37,436 nt of DNA. Source: Caldilineaceae bacterium (GTDB lineage: Bacteria > Chloroflexota > Anaerolineae > Caldilineales > Caldilineaceae). The translations under genes were made by a program, and so were the position numbers. This document shows positions 27,180 to 35,777 of the stretch, piece by piece (position 1 is the first letter of the stretch; every line of letters starts with the position of its first letter). The notes below the pieces were generated by a model, which saw only the letters and a list, made by a program, of their open reading frames with translations, made no database searches and was not told the origin of the DNA. The stretch lies in assembly GCA_019455155.1 (NCBI GenBank), contig JACFMY010000006.1:1-37436 (forward strand). The letters are read 5' to 3'.

Positions 27180-28511
27180 CTACGGCCAGGTGTACCAGGC
27201 CGAGGCATCCTTAACGCCATAGGTGTTCATCATGTCAGCCACCGCCTGCACGGTCTTGTCAACATCCGGCTGGGCCAGGAAGGCCGAGAGGATGTCCCAG
27301 TAAATTGGCTGGGCCGTTGCAGGCAGAATGCTGCCATGCTGGTCCAGGATCAACATCTCTGGGTTCTCGCTCACGTAGGTCTGCAGCTCCTGGCGAATGG
27401 GATCCGGGAACTCCGTGGGGTCGATGTCTGTGCGGGCAAAGAGGCCGCCCTGGATCACATCTGTCGGAATCTGCAGCTCAGGCGACGCCACGACCTTCAG
27501 CCAGTCCATGGTTGCCTCGGGGTGTGGAGCCTTGACGGTAACGCCGTAGGTGTCCGGATGGAAGAGCAGAACACGCACCGGCGCCTGCGGGAAGGTAACA
27601 GCGCCGAAGTCGACGCCTGGCTCCCAATTGGAACCCTTGGTGAACGCGCCAATGGCCCAGGTCCCCATGAGTGTCATGGCGGCCTGCTCAGAACCGACCA
27701 GGCCGACCGCCTGGTCCCACGTCAGACCGGAATGATCTGCGTTGAAGTAGGGCGCCAGTTGCTCGAACTTCTCCAACGCCGCCCGGTAGACGGGATCGTT
27801 GGCGACGTCAATCTCGCCCTTGTACAACTGGACGTAGTACTCCGGCCCGCCTTCCTCAAGCAGGATGCTGTCGAAGACAAACGCATCACCCCACTTCTCC
27901 TTGGAACCGAGTCCGATGCAGGCCATATCCGCTTTGGCCGCGGTGATGGCTTCGCACGCAGCGGTCAGCTCGGCGACGTTGGTGGGCGCGGCAAGCCCTA
28001 GCTCCTCGAACAGCGGCAGATTGTAGTAGAGAATATTCTGGATGTGCATGTTGAGGGGCACGACATAGGGGCTGCCACCGACTGATACCGCACTGGCGAG
28101 CGGACCAGGGATGACATCAGCGTACCCGAGCTCCGCCCAGAGATCGTCCAGGGGCAGGAGCACACCGCTGTCAACGTAGTTCTTCAGCTCTGCACCACCC
28201 AGGGTCTGGAAGGTGTCGGGATAGTCACCAGCAGCAATCCGTGACTGGAGCACGACACGCTGGTTGACGCCGCCGCCACCAGGGCTCGGGTTTTCTACGA
28301 CTTCAATCTCTGGATAGGCATCCTTCAGCGCGGCGAACATGGCGTCAGCGGCTTCCCGCTCGCCAGGTGCCGTCCACCAGTGATATATCTCCAGCTGCTT
28401 GGCTTCCTCAGCCGCAGGCGCGGGGGCCGCAGCCGGCAAAGCAGTACAACCTGTAAGGACCAGGCTGAGGACCAGAATACCAGTCATCAGCACGCCTAGC
28501 TTCCTTGACAT
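27180..28511 (-). CDS. Sugar ABC transporter substrate-binding lipoprotein (family 1 SBP)
   Basis: ATG at 28511 with a GAGGAGG RBS. Lipobox LVLTGC. The size and pattern are typical of a family 1 extracellular solute-binding protein. It is the first gene of a three-gene operon. Confidence 0.85.
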   Translation of the reverse strand: MSRKLGVLMTGILVLSLVLTGCTALPAAAPAPAAEEAKQLEIYHWWTAPGEREAADAMFAALKDAYPEIEVVENPSPGGGGVNQRVVLQSRIAAGDYPDTFQTLGGAELKNYVDSGVLLPLDDLWAELGYADVIPGPLASAVSVGGSPYVVPLNMHIQNILYYNLPLFEELGLAAPTNVAELTAACEAITAAKADMACIGLGSKEKWGDAFVFDSILLEEGGPEYYVQLYKGEIDVANDPVYRAALEKFEQLAPYFNADHSGLTWDQAVGLVGSEQAAMTLMGTWAIGAFTKGSNWEPGVDFGAVTFPQAPVRVLLFHPDTYGVTVKAPHPEATMDWLKVVASPELQIPTDVIQGGLFARTDIDPTEFPDPIRQELQTYVSENPEMLILDQHGSILPATAQPIYWDILSAFLAQPDVDKTVQAVADMMNTYGVKDASAWYTWP

Positions 28512-28794
28512 GTGGACCTCCTCTTCGAGAATCACTTCGATTGAACAGCGCTAAGCCTAATCTGGAGTTGGAATTTACGCACAAGCGATGGTTCCGTGCG
28601 ACTCTGTAAGGGATTCGCCTCCTTTCTCTGGAAACGCTCCAGATCTCTTTCAGCCGTGAGGATATATAGCTGTCGGGAGGGTTGAAGAAGACTACAAATA
28701 TCATGTGCTGCCATCTGGGCAGCCATGCGTAACGGCCGGGCGAATGCGGAACAGCCGTTAACCTAACTCTAATATTGGCTTAAAATCAGGAGGT

Positions 28795-28810
28795 TGTCAA
28801 CCGGTTCGCA
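28795..28810. promoter_or_regulatory. LacI-type operator-like palindrome overlapping a -35 TTGACA of the ABC operon promoter
   Basis: TGTCAACCGGTTCGCA has 12 of 16 positions symmetric with a central CG, and a perfect AACCGGTT core. The minus strand reads TTGACA at 28800-28795. Confidence 0.3.
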
Positions 28811-28829
28811 ACATAATTAATACAATGTT

Positions 28830-28863
28830 AAAAAAATGCCGCAGATATTGCAGGATTGCCGGC
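28830..28863 (-). terminator. Weak Rho-independent terminator candidate after the AAC(3) gene
   Basis: Minus-sense GCCGGCA-(13 nt)-UGCGGC (6 bp with one bulge), followed by A-UUUUUUU. Confidence 0.4.
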
Positions 28864-28890
28864 GCGGCCCCGCCTCGACAGGTCTGGCCA

Positions 28891-29664
28891 CTACGTTGGA
28901 AACTGGTCGACGAAATAGTAGGGATCCCGGCGCAGCGCGGCCAGAGCGGCATCCCACAGCGCGGCCGTGTCCATCAAGTGGGCCGTGGCAGCCAGCACCC
29001 GACCACTCTTAAGCTGGGGCGGCTCCATCAACTCTCCGACCCGGTCGTAGCGCTGGCGCCAGCCGGCAAAGCCGTGGGTAATGTACTCCTTCGCTCGCCG
29101 TGTGCCATCGGCCAGCACAATTTGGTAGATGAGCGGCGTACCAAACAGATAGGGCGGTACGATCACCTCTTCGATGGCGTGCAGGGAGGTGTTGGGGTGC
29201 AGACCGCACCCCAACATGAGGATCTGGCCGTTGTAGGCCGGCAACCGTCGAAAGGGTGAATTGGGACCGCACGGCGTGTTGTCCAGCTCGTGGTCGCGCA
29301 GCAGCGCCGCACTTTGGGGTCCAGTTGCGCACACCGAATGTGTCGGGTGAACGCTACGAGTTACGTCGCCGCGCCTGCGGAAGGTCTCGGCGATGACGCC
29401 AACGTTGGATGGGGTATGGCGGAGATCGAACAGCGGCCGCGCGCGCGTGACATATTGGTAGCTCAGCGCGGGCATGAGCAGCGTGCAATCAGGACCTAGC
29501 GCGGCCAGCAGCGCTTCGATGACTGTCGCGGGACCGCCCGGTACATACCCGAGCGCCTTGAGCGATGAGTGAACCAGCAACACGCCAGCCGGCCGGACGC
29601 CCAAGGCATGCAGCTCCTCGACCATGCGCTTGACCAGGCGCATGCGATCCGCTTCTTCTGGCAC
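28891..29664 (-). CDS. AAC(3)-family aminoglycoside N3-acetyltransferase-like protein
   Basis: LLVHSSLKALGYVPGGPATVIEALLAALGPDCTLLMPALS is the signature N-terminal region of AAC(3) enzymes. GTG start with GGAAAGGA upstream; an alternative ATG is at 29643. Confidence 0.8.
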   Translation of the reverse strand: MPEEADRMRLVKRMVEELHALGVRPAGVLLVHSSLKALGYVPGGPATVIEALLAALGPDCTLLMPALSYQYVTRARPLFDLRHTPSNVGVIAETFRRRGDVTRSVHPTHSVCATGPQSAALLRDHELDNTPCGPNSPFRRLPAYNGQILMLGCGLHPNTSLHAIEEVIVPPYLFGTPLIYQIVLADGTRRAKEYITHGFAGWRQRYDRVGELMEPPQLKSGRVLAATAHLMDTAALWDAALAALRRDPYYFVDQFPT

Positions 29665-29724
29665 AGACCCTATCCTTTCCTCACCATTCCGCGTCTAGCA
29701 AGCCGTCTGCCAATCGTCATTCCA

Positions 29725-29895
29725 CAGTAGTTCTGTAGTAATGGCTTCAGCCGTTCTTGACCTGTCCCGAGCGACTAAAGCCAGTAGTTCTGTAGTAACG
29801 GCCCCAGCCGTTCTTGACCTGTCCCGAGCGACTAAAGCCAGTAGTTCTGTAGTAATGGCTTCAGCCGTTCTTGACCTGTCCCGAGCGACTAAAGC
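29725..29895. repeat. 3 x 57-bp direct tandem repeat (units 29725-29781, 29782-29838, 29839-29895)
   Basis: Units 1 and 3 are identical. Unit 2 differs at 29799, 29803 and 29804 (T>C on the + strand). Each unit contains a 40-nt hairpin in the minus sense. The array lies between the gcvP stop and the AAC(3) gene start. Confidence 0.9.
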
Positions 29896-29933
29896 CGCTA
29901 CTACAGAAGGAAAGTCTTGGTGTTGACAGAGCG

Positions 29934-32819
29934 CTAGCTTGCGTACGCCTCGACCGGGAGACACACACAGACCAGGTGACGGTCACCATAGACATTGTCG
30001 ATGCGCGAGACATAGGGCCAGAACTTCCGCTCACGGACCCACTGTGCGGGGTAGGCCGCCTGTTCACGGCTATAGGGACGGTCCCACGCGCCGGCAATGA
30101 CTGCTGCCGTATGGGGCGCGTGTTTCAGCGGATTGTTTTCGCGGTCCATGGTCCCTGCTTCGATGGCCCGGATTTCCTCGCGGATTTGTATCATGGCCTG
30201 GCAGAAGCGTTCCAACTCAGCCAGAGATTCGCTCTCTGTCGGCTCGATCATGAGCGTGCCCGGCACCGGGAAGGACATGGTGGGTGCATGGAAACCATAG
30301 TCCATCAAACGCTTGGCAATGTCCTCCGCTTCGATACCGGAGGTGGTTTTTAGCGGGCGTAGATCGATGATGCACTCGTGCGCCACCCGGCCCTGAGCGC
30401 CCTTGTAGAGCACCGGATAGTACGGCTCCAGGCGCCGGGCAATATAGTTTGCATTGAGGATGGCGACCTTCGTGGCGTCTGTCAACCCTTCCGCCCCCAT
30501 CATAGCAATATAGGCGTAGGAGATGGCCAGGATGTCGGCGCTGCCCCAGGGCGTAGCCGACACGGACCCCACGGACTCAGCTCCGCCCACACCCTCGACG
30601 ACGCTGCTGTTGGGCAGGAAGGGAGCCAGGTGCGCGGCCACGCAGATGGGGCCCATGCCAGGACCGCCGCCGCCATGGGGGATACAAAAGGTCTTGTGCA
30701 GATTCAGGTGGCACACATCAGCCCCAATCACACCCGGGCTGGTCAGCCCTACCTGCGCGTTCATGTTGGCGCCGTCCATATAGACCTGTCCACCGTGCTG
30801 GTGGATGATGGCGCAGATCTCGACAATGGCCTCTTCGAAGACACCATGCGTGGAGGGATAGGTAACCATCAGCGCGGCCAGGCGGTCGCTGTACTGTTCG
30901 GCCTTGGCACGCAGGTCGGCCACATCGACGTTGCCGTTGTCATCGCAGGCTACGACCACCACCTCCATGCCAGCCATGACCGCACTGGCCGGGTTGGTGC
31001 CATGGGCGGATGACGGGATGAGGCAGACGTTACGGTGGCCCTCGCCGCGAGAAGCGTGATAGGCGCGAATGACCAGCAGCCCGGAGTATTCGCCCTGGGA
31101 ACCGGCGTTCGGTTGCAGCGAGACCGCGCCAAGGCCGGTTATCTCAGCGAGCCAGCTCTCCAGCTGGGCAAAGAGCGCCAGGTAACCCTGAGCCTGCCCG
31201 CGCGGCGCAAAGGGATGCAGCGCAGCGAACTCGGGCCAGGTAATGGGCACCATCTCAGTCGTCGCGTTGAGCTTCATGGTGCATGAGCCCAGCGGGATCA
31301 TGGAGTGGGCAAGCGAGAGATCACGCGCTTCCAGGCGCTTGATATAGCGCAGCATCTCGTGCTCGACGTGATAGCTGTTGAAAACCGGATGGGTGAGATA
31401 GGCGCTGGCCCGGGCCAAGGGGGGCGCGTATTCCAGCGTCACCTCGCGTGCCAGCGCCTCCAGATCGGCGGTGCCATCGTCGCCAAAGATCTCGAGCAAC
31501 GTTTTCAGATCGCCGGTTGTGGCCGGCTCGTCAAGCGAAACGCCCACGGCGCCGTCAGCGTAGTAGCGCAGGTTGACTTGATTGGCAAGGGCCAGGGTGC
31601 GGATCTGCTGTTGGGAGTGGGGGCCACCGCTGATCTTCAAGGTATCGAAGATGGGCCCTGGGTTGACCGTATAGCCCAGCTTTTGCAGGCGGTCACGCAC
31701 AATCTCGGCGAGCAGATGCACACGGCTGGCGATAGCACGAAGCCCTTCTGGTCCGTGATAGACCGCGTACATGGAAGCCATGATCGCCAGGAGGACCTGC
31801 GCGGTACAGATGTTGCTCGTTGCCTTGTCGCGGCGAATATGTTGCTCGCGCGTCTGCAGCGCGAGGCGCATGGCCGGATTGCCTTCCGCATCAACGGAAA
31901 CGCCCACCAGGCGGCCCGGCATATGTCGCTTGTATTCGTCCCGCGTGGCCATGAAGGCGGCGTGCGGGCCACCGTAGCCCATGGGCACGCCGAAACGCTG
32001 GCTGTTGCCGACTGCAATGTCCGCGCCGAATTCCCCAGGCGGCTTGAGCAGCGTCAAGGCCAGCAGGTCAGTGGCGACAACCACCAGCGCGCCGGCAGCA
32101 TGAGCCCGTTCACAGATCGTGCTCAGATCCTCGACATTGCCTTCCGTATCCGGATATTGCAACAGCGCGCCAAAGGTGTGGTCGTCAAATTCATATGTGT
32201 GATGGTCGCCCACGACAACGTCATAGCCCAACGGCACGGCCCGTGTCTTGACCACATCTATGGTCTGCGGATGGCAGCGTTCAGAGACGAAAAAGGTGTT
32301 GCCTCCGTGCCCGCGCTTCTGTGCTCGCTTGCAGAGCGTCATCGCTTCGGCCGCCGCAGTTCCCTCGTCCAGCAGGGAGGCATTGGCGATGTCAAGCCCT
32401 GTCAAATCGATGACCATGGTCTGAAAGTTCAGCAGCGCCTCCAGGCGGCCCTGGGCAATCTCAGCCTGGTACGGCGTATACTGGGTATACCAGCCTGGAT
32501 TCTCGAGGATATTGCGTAGGATCACGCCGGGCGTAATGGTGTCATAGTAGCCCATGCCGATGAATGAGCGAAAGACTTTGTTCCTGGCCGCCAACTTGCG
32601 CAGATCGGCCAACACTTGGGACTCGCTGCGGGCGGGATTTAGCTGCAGGGGGCGTTGTAACCGGATCGCGGCTGGCACCGTCTCGTCGATCAGCTCGTCC
32701 AGGCTAGAAACATCCAGCACTTCGAGCATACGCTCCAGGTCGAGGGCGCCTGGGCCCAGATGGCGTCTGGGAAAGGTGTCCAGCGGCTTAAGCAGGTCGG
32801 TCGGATCGTTCACGGTCAT
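29934..32819 (-). CDS. gcvP: Glycine dehydrogenase (aminomethyl-transferring), single-chain P-protein of the glycine cleavage system
   Basis: 961 aa. N-terminal FPRRHLGP and PLP-lysine motif [28 protein letters not shown]. Preceded by a glycine riboswitch. Confidence 0.95.
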   Translation of the reverse strand: MTVNDPTDLLKPLDTFPRRHLGPGALDLERMLEVLDVSSLDELIDETVPAAIRLQRPLQLNPARSESQVLADLRKLAARNKVFRSFIGMGYYDTITPGVILRNILENPGWYTQYTPYQAEIAQGRLEALLNFQTMVIDLTGLDIANASLLDEGTAAAEAMTLCKRAQKRGHGGNTFFVSERCHPQTIDVVKTRAVPLGYDVVVGDHHTYEFDDHTFGALLQYPDTEGNVEDLSTICERAHAAGALVVVATDLLALTLLKPPGEFGADIAVGNSQRFGVPMGYGGPHAAFMATRDEYKRHMPGRLVGVSVDAEGNPAMRLALQTREQHIRRDKATSNICTAQVLLAIMASMYAVYHGPEGLRAIASRVHLLAEIVRDRLQKLGYTVNPGPIFDTLKISGGPHSQQQIRTLALANQVNLRYYADGAVGVSLDEPATTGDLKTLLEIFGDDGTADLEALAREVTLEYAPPLARASAYLTHPVFNSYHVEHEMLRYIKRLEARDLSLAHSMIPLGSCTMKLNATTEMVPITWPEFAALHPFAPRGQAQGYLALFAQLESWLAEITGLGAVSLQPNAGSQGEYSGLLVIRAYHASRGEGHRNVCLIPSSAHGTNPASAVMAGMEVVVVACDDNGNVDVADLRAKAEQYSDRLAALMVTYPSTHGVFEEAIVEICAIIHQHGGQVYMDGANMNAQVGLTSPGVIGADVCHLNLHKTFCIPHGGGGPGMGPICVAAHLAPFLPNSSVVEGVGGAESVGSVSATPWGSADILAISYAYIAMMGAEGLTDATKVAILNANYIARRLEPYYPVLYKGAQGRVAHECIIDLRPLKTTSGIEAEDIAKRLMDYGFHAPTMSFPVPGTLMIEPTESESLAELERFCQAMIQIREEIRAIEAGTMDRENNPLKHAPHTAAVIAGAWDRPYSREQAAYPAQWVRERKFWPYVSRIDNVYGDRHLVCVCLPVEAYAS

Positions 32820-32977
32820 GCGGATGCTCCTTTTTCAGATGAGGGGGTGACAAGATGGCGGGTGAGCACATAAACGTGCCGCGCCTGCCACCAGATCGGC
32901 TGGTGTGTGTCTCGCTACCCTAATACGTTGTCCGCGCGCTTCGTCTGCTGCGCGGATAGGTCATTGTCTTCTGCCAA

Positions 32978-33008
32978 CAAAAAACGGGCACTCCAAAGAG
33001 ACGCCCGT
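32978..33008 (-). terminator. Intrinsic terminator, probable expression platform of the glycine riboswitch
   Basis: Minus-sense ACGGGC-(13 nt)-GCCCGU followed by UUUUU. It sits between the aptamers and the gcvP start, about 155 nt upstream of the ATG. Confidence 0.65.
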
Positions 33009-33107
33009 CCACTCTGTCTTTGACCTGAGAGATTGACTGGGAAACAGATTGGTTGTGAATGGAGCATGGTTCACGCAAACACGTGTCACGGGCGCCTTTA
33101 CCCGTGA

Positions 33108-33316
33108 ACAGCTTTCAATTCTCCATTCGCAACGGAGCCTATTCCCAGTTTGCCCCGTGGGTAGCGCCAGCTCTGCGAGACCAGACGCATTTTCCAGAGT
33201 TGCCGTTACACGACGATCCTTTTGCCTGAGAGTGTCACGGATGGGCTGTGGCTTGCTATCATCCGCTTGCACCTTCGGCGACCGGGCAGCGTGTTGCTCC
33301 CGGTTCTCTCTCGCCG
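33108..33316 (-). promoter_or_regulatory. Glycine riboswitch (Rfam RF00504 class): canonical aptamer 1 plus a diverged second or ghost aptamer
   Basis: Aptamer 1 on the minus-sense RNA spans 33316-33211. Its sequence is CGGCGA-GAGAG-AACCGGG..CCCGGU-CGCCGAAGGUGCAA-GCGGAU..AUCCGU-GACACUCUCAGGCAAAAGGA-UCGUCG. A second unit (about 33205-33108) keeps CUCUGGAAAA and ACCCACGGGGCAA. The element lies in the 5' leader of gcvP. Confidence 0.8.
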
Positions 33317-33345
33317 TGCTCGCCGGCTTGTATAAAGTTAAGCAC

Positions 33346-33389
33346 AGTATATCACCGGTTTGATATCATGTCCGCCGGTCTTTTGTCAA
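33346..33389 (-). promoter_or_regulatory. Candidate promoter(s) for the riboswitch-gcvP transcript
   Basis: Two candidates on the minus strand. One is TTGACA (33389-33384), an 18-nt spacer and TATCAA. The other is an extended -10, TGaTATACT (33354-33346). Both lie 30-70 nt upstream of aptamer 1. Confidence 0.35.
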
Positions 33390-33456
33390 TCTGGCGCGAC
33401 AAAGGGTACATCTCATTTCCGGGCCGAGCTTTCGTTGCAAGCTGGTGCGCTGCCCA

Positions 33457-34500
33457 TCAGCTGGCAACCCGCATCTGGCGCCGTTGGTCCTTTGCCACTT
33501 GCGCCAGCCGGATCAACTGGCCAGCCGTACCCAGACAGACCAGCTCGTCATTTGGCTGCAGGACAAAATCGCCACCTGGGTTCGTGTTGAGTGTGCGGCC
33601 TTCACGCCGGATTGCGAGCACGTTGACACCTGTGCGCATACGGACATGCGCATCACCCAGGGAGCGGCCCGCGAGCTCCGAATCTGGCGCAACGCGAATC
33701 TCCTGCAGGCGCAGTTCCAGGTCGCCCCGGCGCACCACAATATCCAGGAACTCAACCACACTCGGATACAGCACGTGCGTAGCCATGCGGCGACCGGTGA
33801 TCACATAGGGGTTGATGACGTGGTTCGCGCCGGCAATTCGTAGCTTTTCCACATTCTCTGGCATATTGCAACGGGAAAGGATGAGGAGGGCTGGGTTGGT
33901 GCGGCGCGCGCTGAGCACGACAAAGACATTGGTGGCGTCATGGGGCAGGCAGGAGCACAGCCCGCGGGCCCGGTCGATCCCAGCCAGCTGCAAGATGTCA
34001 TCATTGGAGGGGTCGCCCGTGATAAACGGAATGCCAGCCTGTTCCAGCTCGACACCCAGACTGCGGTCCAGATCGATAACCACCATCTTGATGTCGTTGG
34101 CCTGCAGCTCCTCCACGACCTGCCGGCCGACGCGGCCGTAGCCGCACACAATGTAGTGATCCTCCATCTTTGCCAGCTCCTTTGCCAAACGCCTGCGCCT
34201 GAGGAAACCTTGCAGTTCTCCGGCAACAATGTAGTCCATAACGGTGCTAAAGGAATAGGCCAGGACGCCTACGCCGCCGAAGATCAGGAATATGGTAAAC
34301 ATCTCACCCTGCTGGGTCAGGGGCTGTACCTCGCCGTAACCGACCGTGCTCAAGGTGATGACGGTCATGAAGAGTGCGTCATCGACCGACCAACCCTCAA
34401 GCAGCATGTAGCCCAATGTACCGCCGCCCAAGAGGATGGTGACCATCACAAGCACCCGGAGCAGCTGCCGGGAAAGCACAGGTGAGCTCAGACTATCCAT
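33457..34500 (-). CDS. Potassium channel protein with RCK/TrkA-N and TrkA-C domains (MthK/Kch-like)
   Basis: Selectivity filter TVGYGE between two TM helices. Rossmann motif VCGYGRVG. C-terminal TrkA-C-like domain. An alternative GTG start is at 34587, 6 nt after the upstream stop. Confidence 0.85.
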   Translation of the reverse strand: MDSLSSPVLSRQLLRVLVMVTILLGGGTLGYMLLEGWSVDDALFMTVITLSTVGYGEVQPLTQQGEMFTIFLIFGGVGVLAYSFSTVMDYIVAGELQGFLRRRRLAKELAKMEDHYIVCGYGRVGRQVVEELQANDIKMVVIDLDRSLGVELEQAGIPFITGDPSNDDILQLAGIDRARGLCSCLPHDATNVFVVLSARRTNPALLILSRCNMPENVEKLRIAGANHVINPYVITGRRMATHVLYPSVVEFLDIVVRRGDLELRLQEIRVAPDSELAGRSLGDAHVRMRTGVNVLAIRREGRTLNTNPGGDFVLQPNDELVCLGTAGQLIRLAQVAKDQRRQMRVAS

Positions 34501-34593
34501 AGCGACACGGGCACTGAAAGAACAGGGCGCGCGGTGTGCAAGGAGCAACTGCCCGAGCCCTGCATATTGGCCTGTAATGTTCTGCACCGTAAT

Positions 34594-35517
34594 TCATGAC
34601 TCTGATCCTGCGGCTATGTCCAGCAAGCTGGTGAAGATGGCCAGTTGGCGCCCTGTGAAACGGAAACCCAGACTATGATACAGCGTCTTCGCCCGCTCGT
34701 TGTGCGCCTGGGTGTTGAGGACAACCTGCTGGCAGCCGGCAGCCTGGGCTCGCAATAGGCTCGCGACCAGCAGCGCTCGCCCCAACCCGCGGCCCTGCCA
34801 ATCTGGATGGACCGCCAGCCTGGCCAGGCTGGCCACATCGCCATCCGTTGTCAGCGCGAAATATCCAATTGGCACACCATTGGCCACCGCCATTTCCACA
34901 TGGCCGCGCATGCAGAGTCCATGCAACTCACGGGCGGAGTAGTGCCAGAGAAGATCGAAACTTAGGGCATCCATAGCGGCCAGGAGATCCAGGTCGTTGA
35001 TACCAGCGCTGCGCAGCGACATGTCCTCTGGCAGGTCAGGCGGCGGCCACGTCCCGCGCCTGAGATTGGACAACTCAAAGAACTGAACCTGCTCGACGAG
35101 GCTCATGCCGTTACTGGCCAGGGTCCGGCTTATCCAGCCTTCATCACCGTAGGCGATGAGCAATTGAGGGCGGACACGGGGCTGGCGGCGCAGAACCAGC
35201 AACATGGCGCCGAACGCGACAGTCGGCGAGGCGGTGCGTGCACACGCAAAGGCACGCAGGTAGACCCGGTTGGGCGCGCTGGCCGGCAGGCTTGGGGGTG
35301 GGGGCTCCGTATAGGTAATCAACAGGGCGACGGCATTACTGCCTTCCCTGGCCAAGAGCACGTCTCCTCTGGCGATCGTGGTTGCCAGATCCTCATCGGC
35401 GATATGGGCATGGCGATGATGCGCAAAGCGAATCAGTTCTCGCACTGTTGCCAGATCGTGGGGCCGGGCAGTGACTATTTCCATGGCTCTCTTCAGGTAA
35501 GGCATTTCTGCCGGCAT
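34594..35517 (-). CDS. GNAT family N-acetyltransferase (two GNAT-like halves)
   Basis: The C-terminal half carries acetyl-CoA motif A, LAVHPDWQGRGLGRALL. The N-terminal half is GNAT-like but degenerate, an MshD-like arrangement. AGGAAA RBS. Confidence 0.75.
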   Translation of the reverse strand: MPAEMPYLKRAMEIVTARPHDLATVRELIRFAHHRHAHIADEDLATTIARGDVLLAREGSNAVALLITYTEPPPPSLPASAPNRVYLRAFACARTASPTVAFGAMLLVLRRQPRVRPQLLIAYGDEGWISRTLASNGMSLVEQVQFFELSNLRRGTWPPPDLPEDMSLRSAGINDLDLLAAMDALSFDLLWHYSARELHGLCMRGHVEMAVANGVPIGYFALTTDGDVASLARLAVHPDWQGRGLGRALLVASLLRAQAAGCQQVVLNTQAHNERAKTLYHSLGFRFTGRQLAIFTSLLDIAAGSES

Positions 35518-35777
35518 AGTTTTTTCCTATTTTAGCATTAGTTGCGTTGGAGCCAGGGAAGGACTCTTCGCTGTTGGCAAGCAAATCGCTAGCCGCGCCG
35601 CCGCCAAACAAGCGTTCCGGGCGTGTTCCACTGGCGCAGCGGTTCCTTGATGGGAATCTTACTGTGCCGGTACGCCCGCCCTGCGTCATGGTGCCGTTAC
35701 CTCAGCGGCCATAGACCGCAGGTTGATCTTTTCGTAAGTCGGGATAAGATATGGGCGCTTGAAAGGAGCCTAGGAGC

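Noticed and set aside
28532-28726. A 64-aa ORF inside the leader of the ABC operon.
   Set aside because: It has no RBS, no recognisable motif, and it overlaps the SBP start region. It was treated as leader RNA.
29725-29895. CRISPR array interpretation of the tandem repeat.
   Set aside because: The units abut directly with no unique spacers, only three copies exist, and there are no cas genes in the window.
29695-29964. ORFs running through the 57-bp repeat on both strands (29695-29964 minus, 29741-29926 plus), which would encode 19-aa repeats.
   Set aside because: The unit length is a multiple of 3, but the three substitutions in unit 2 are mostly non-synonymous. There is no RBS, and the minus ORF starts inside gcvP in another frame. 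An open frame over 19 codons is expected by chance. An RNA-structure explanation fits better.
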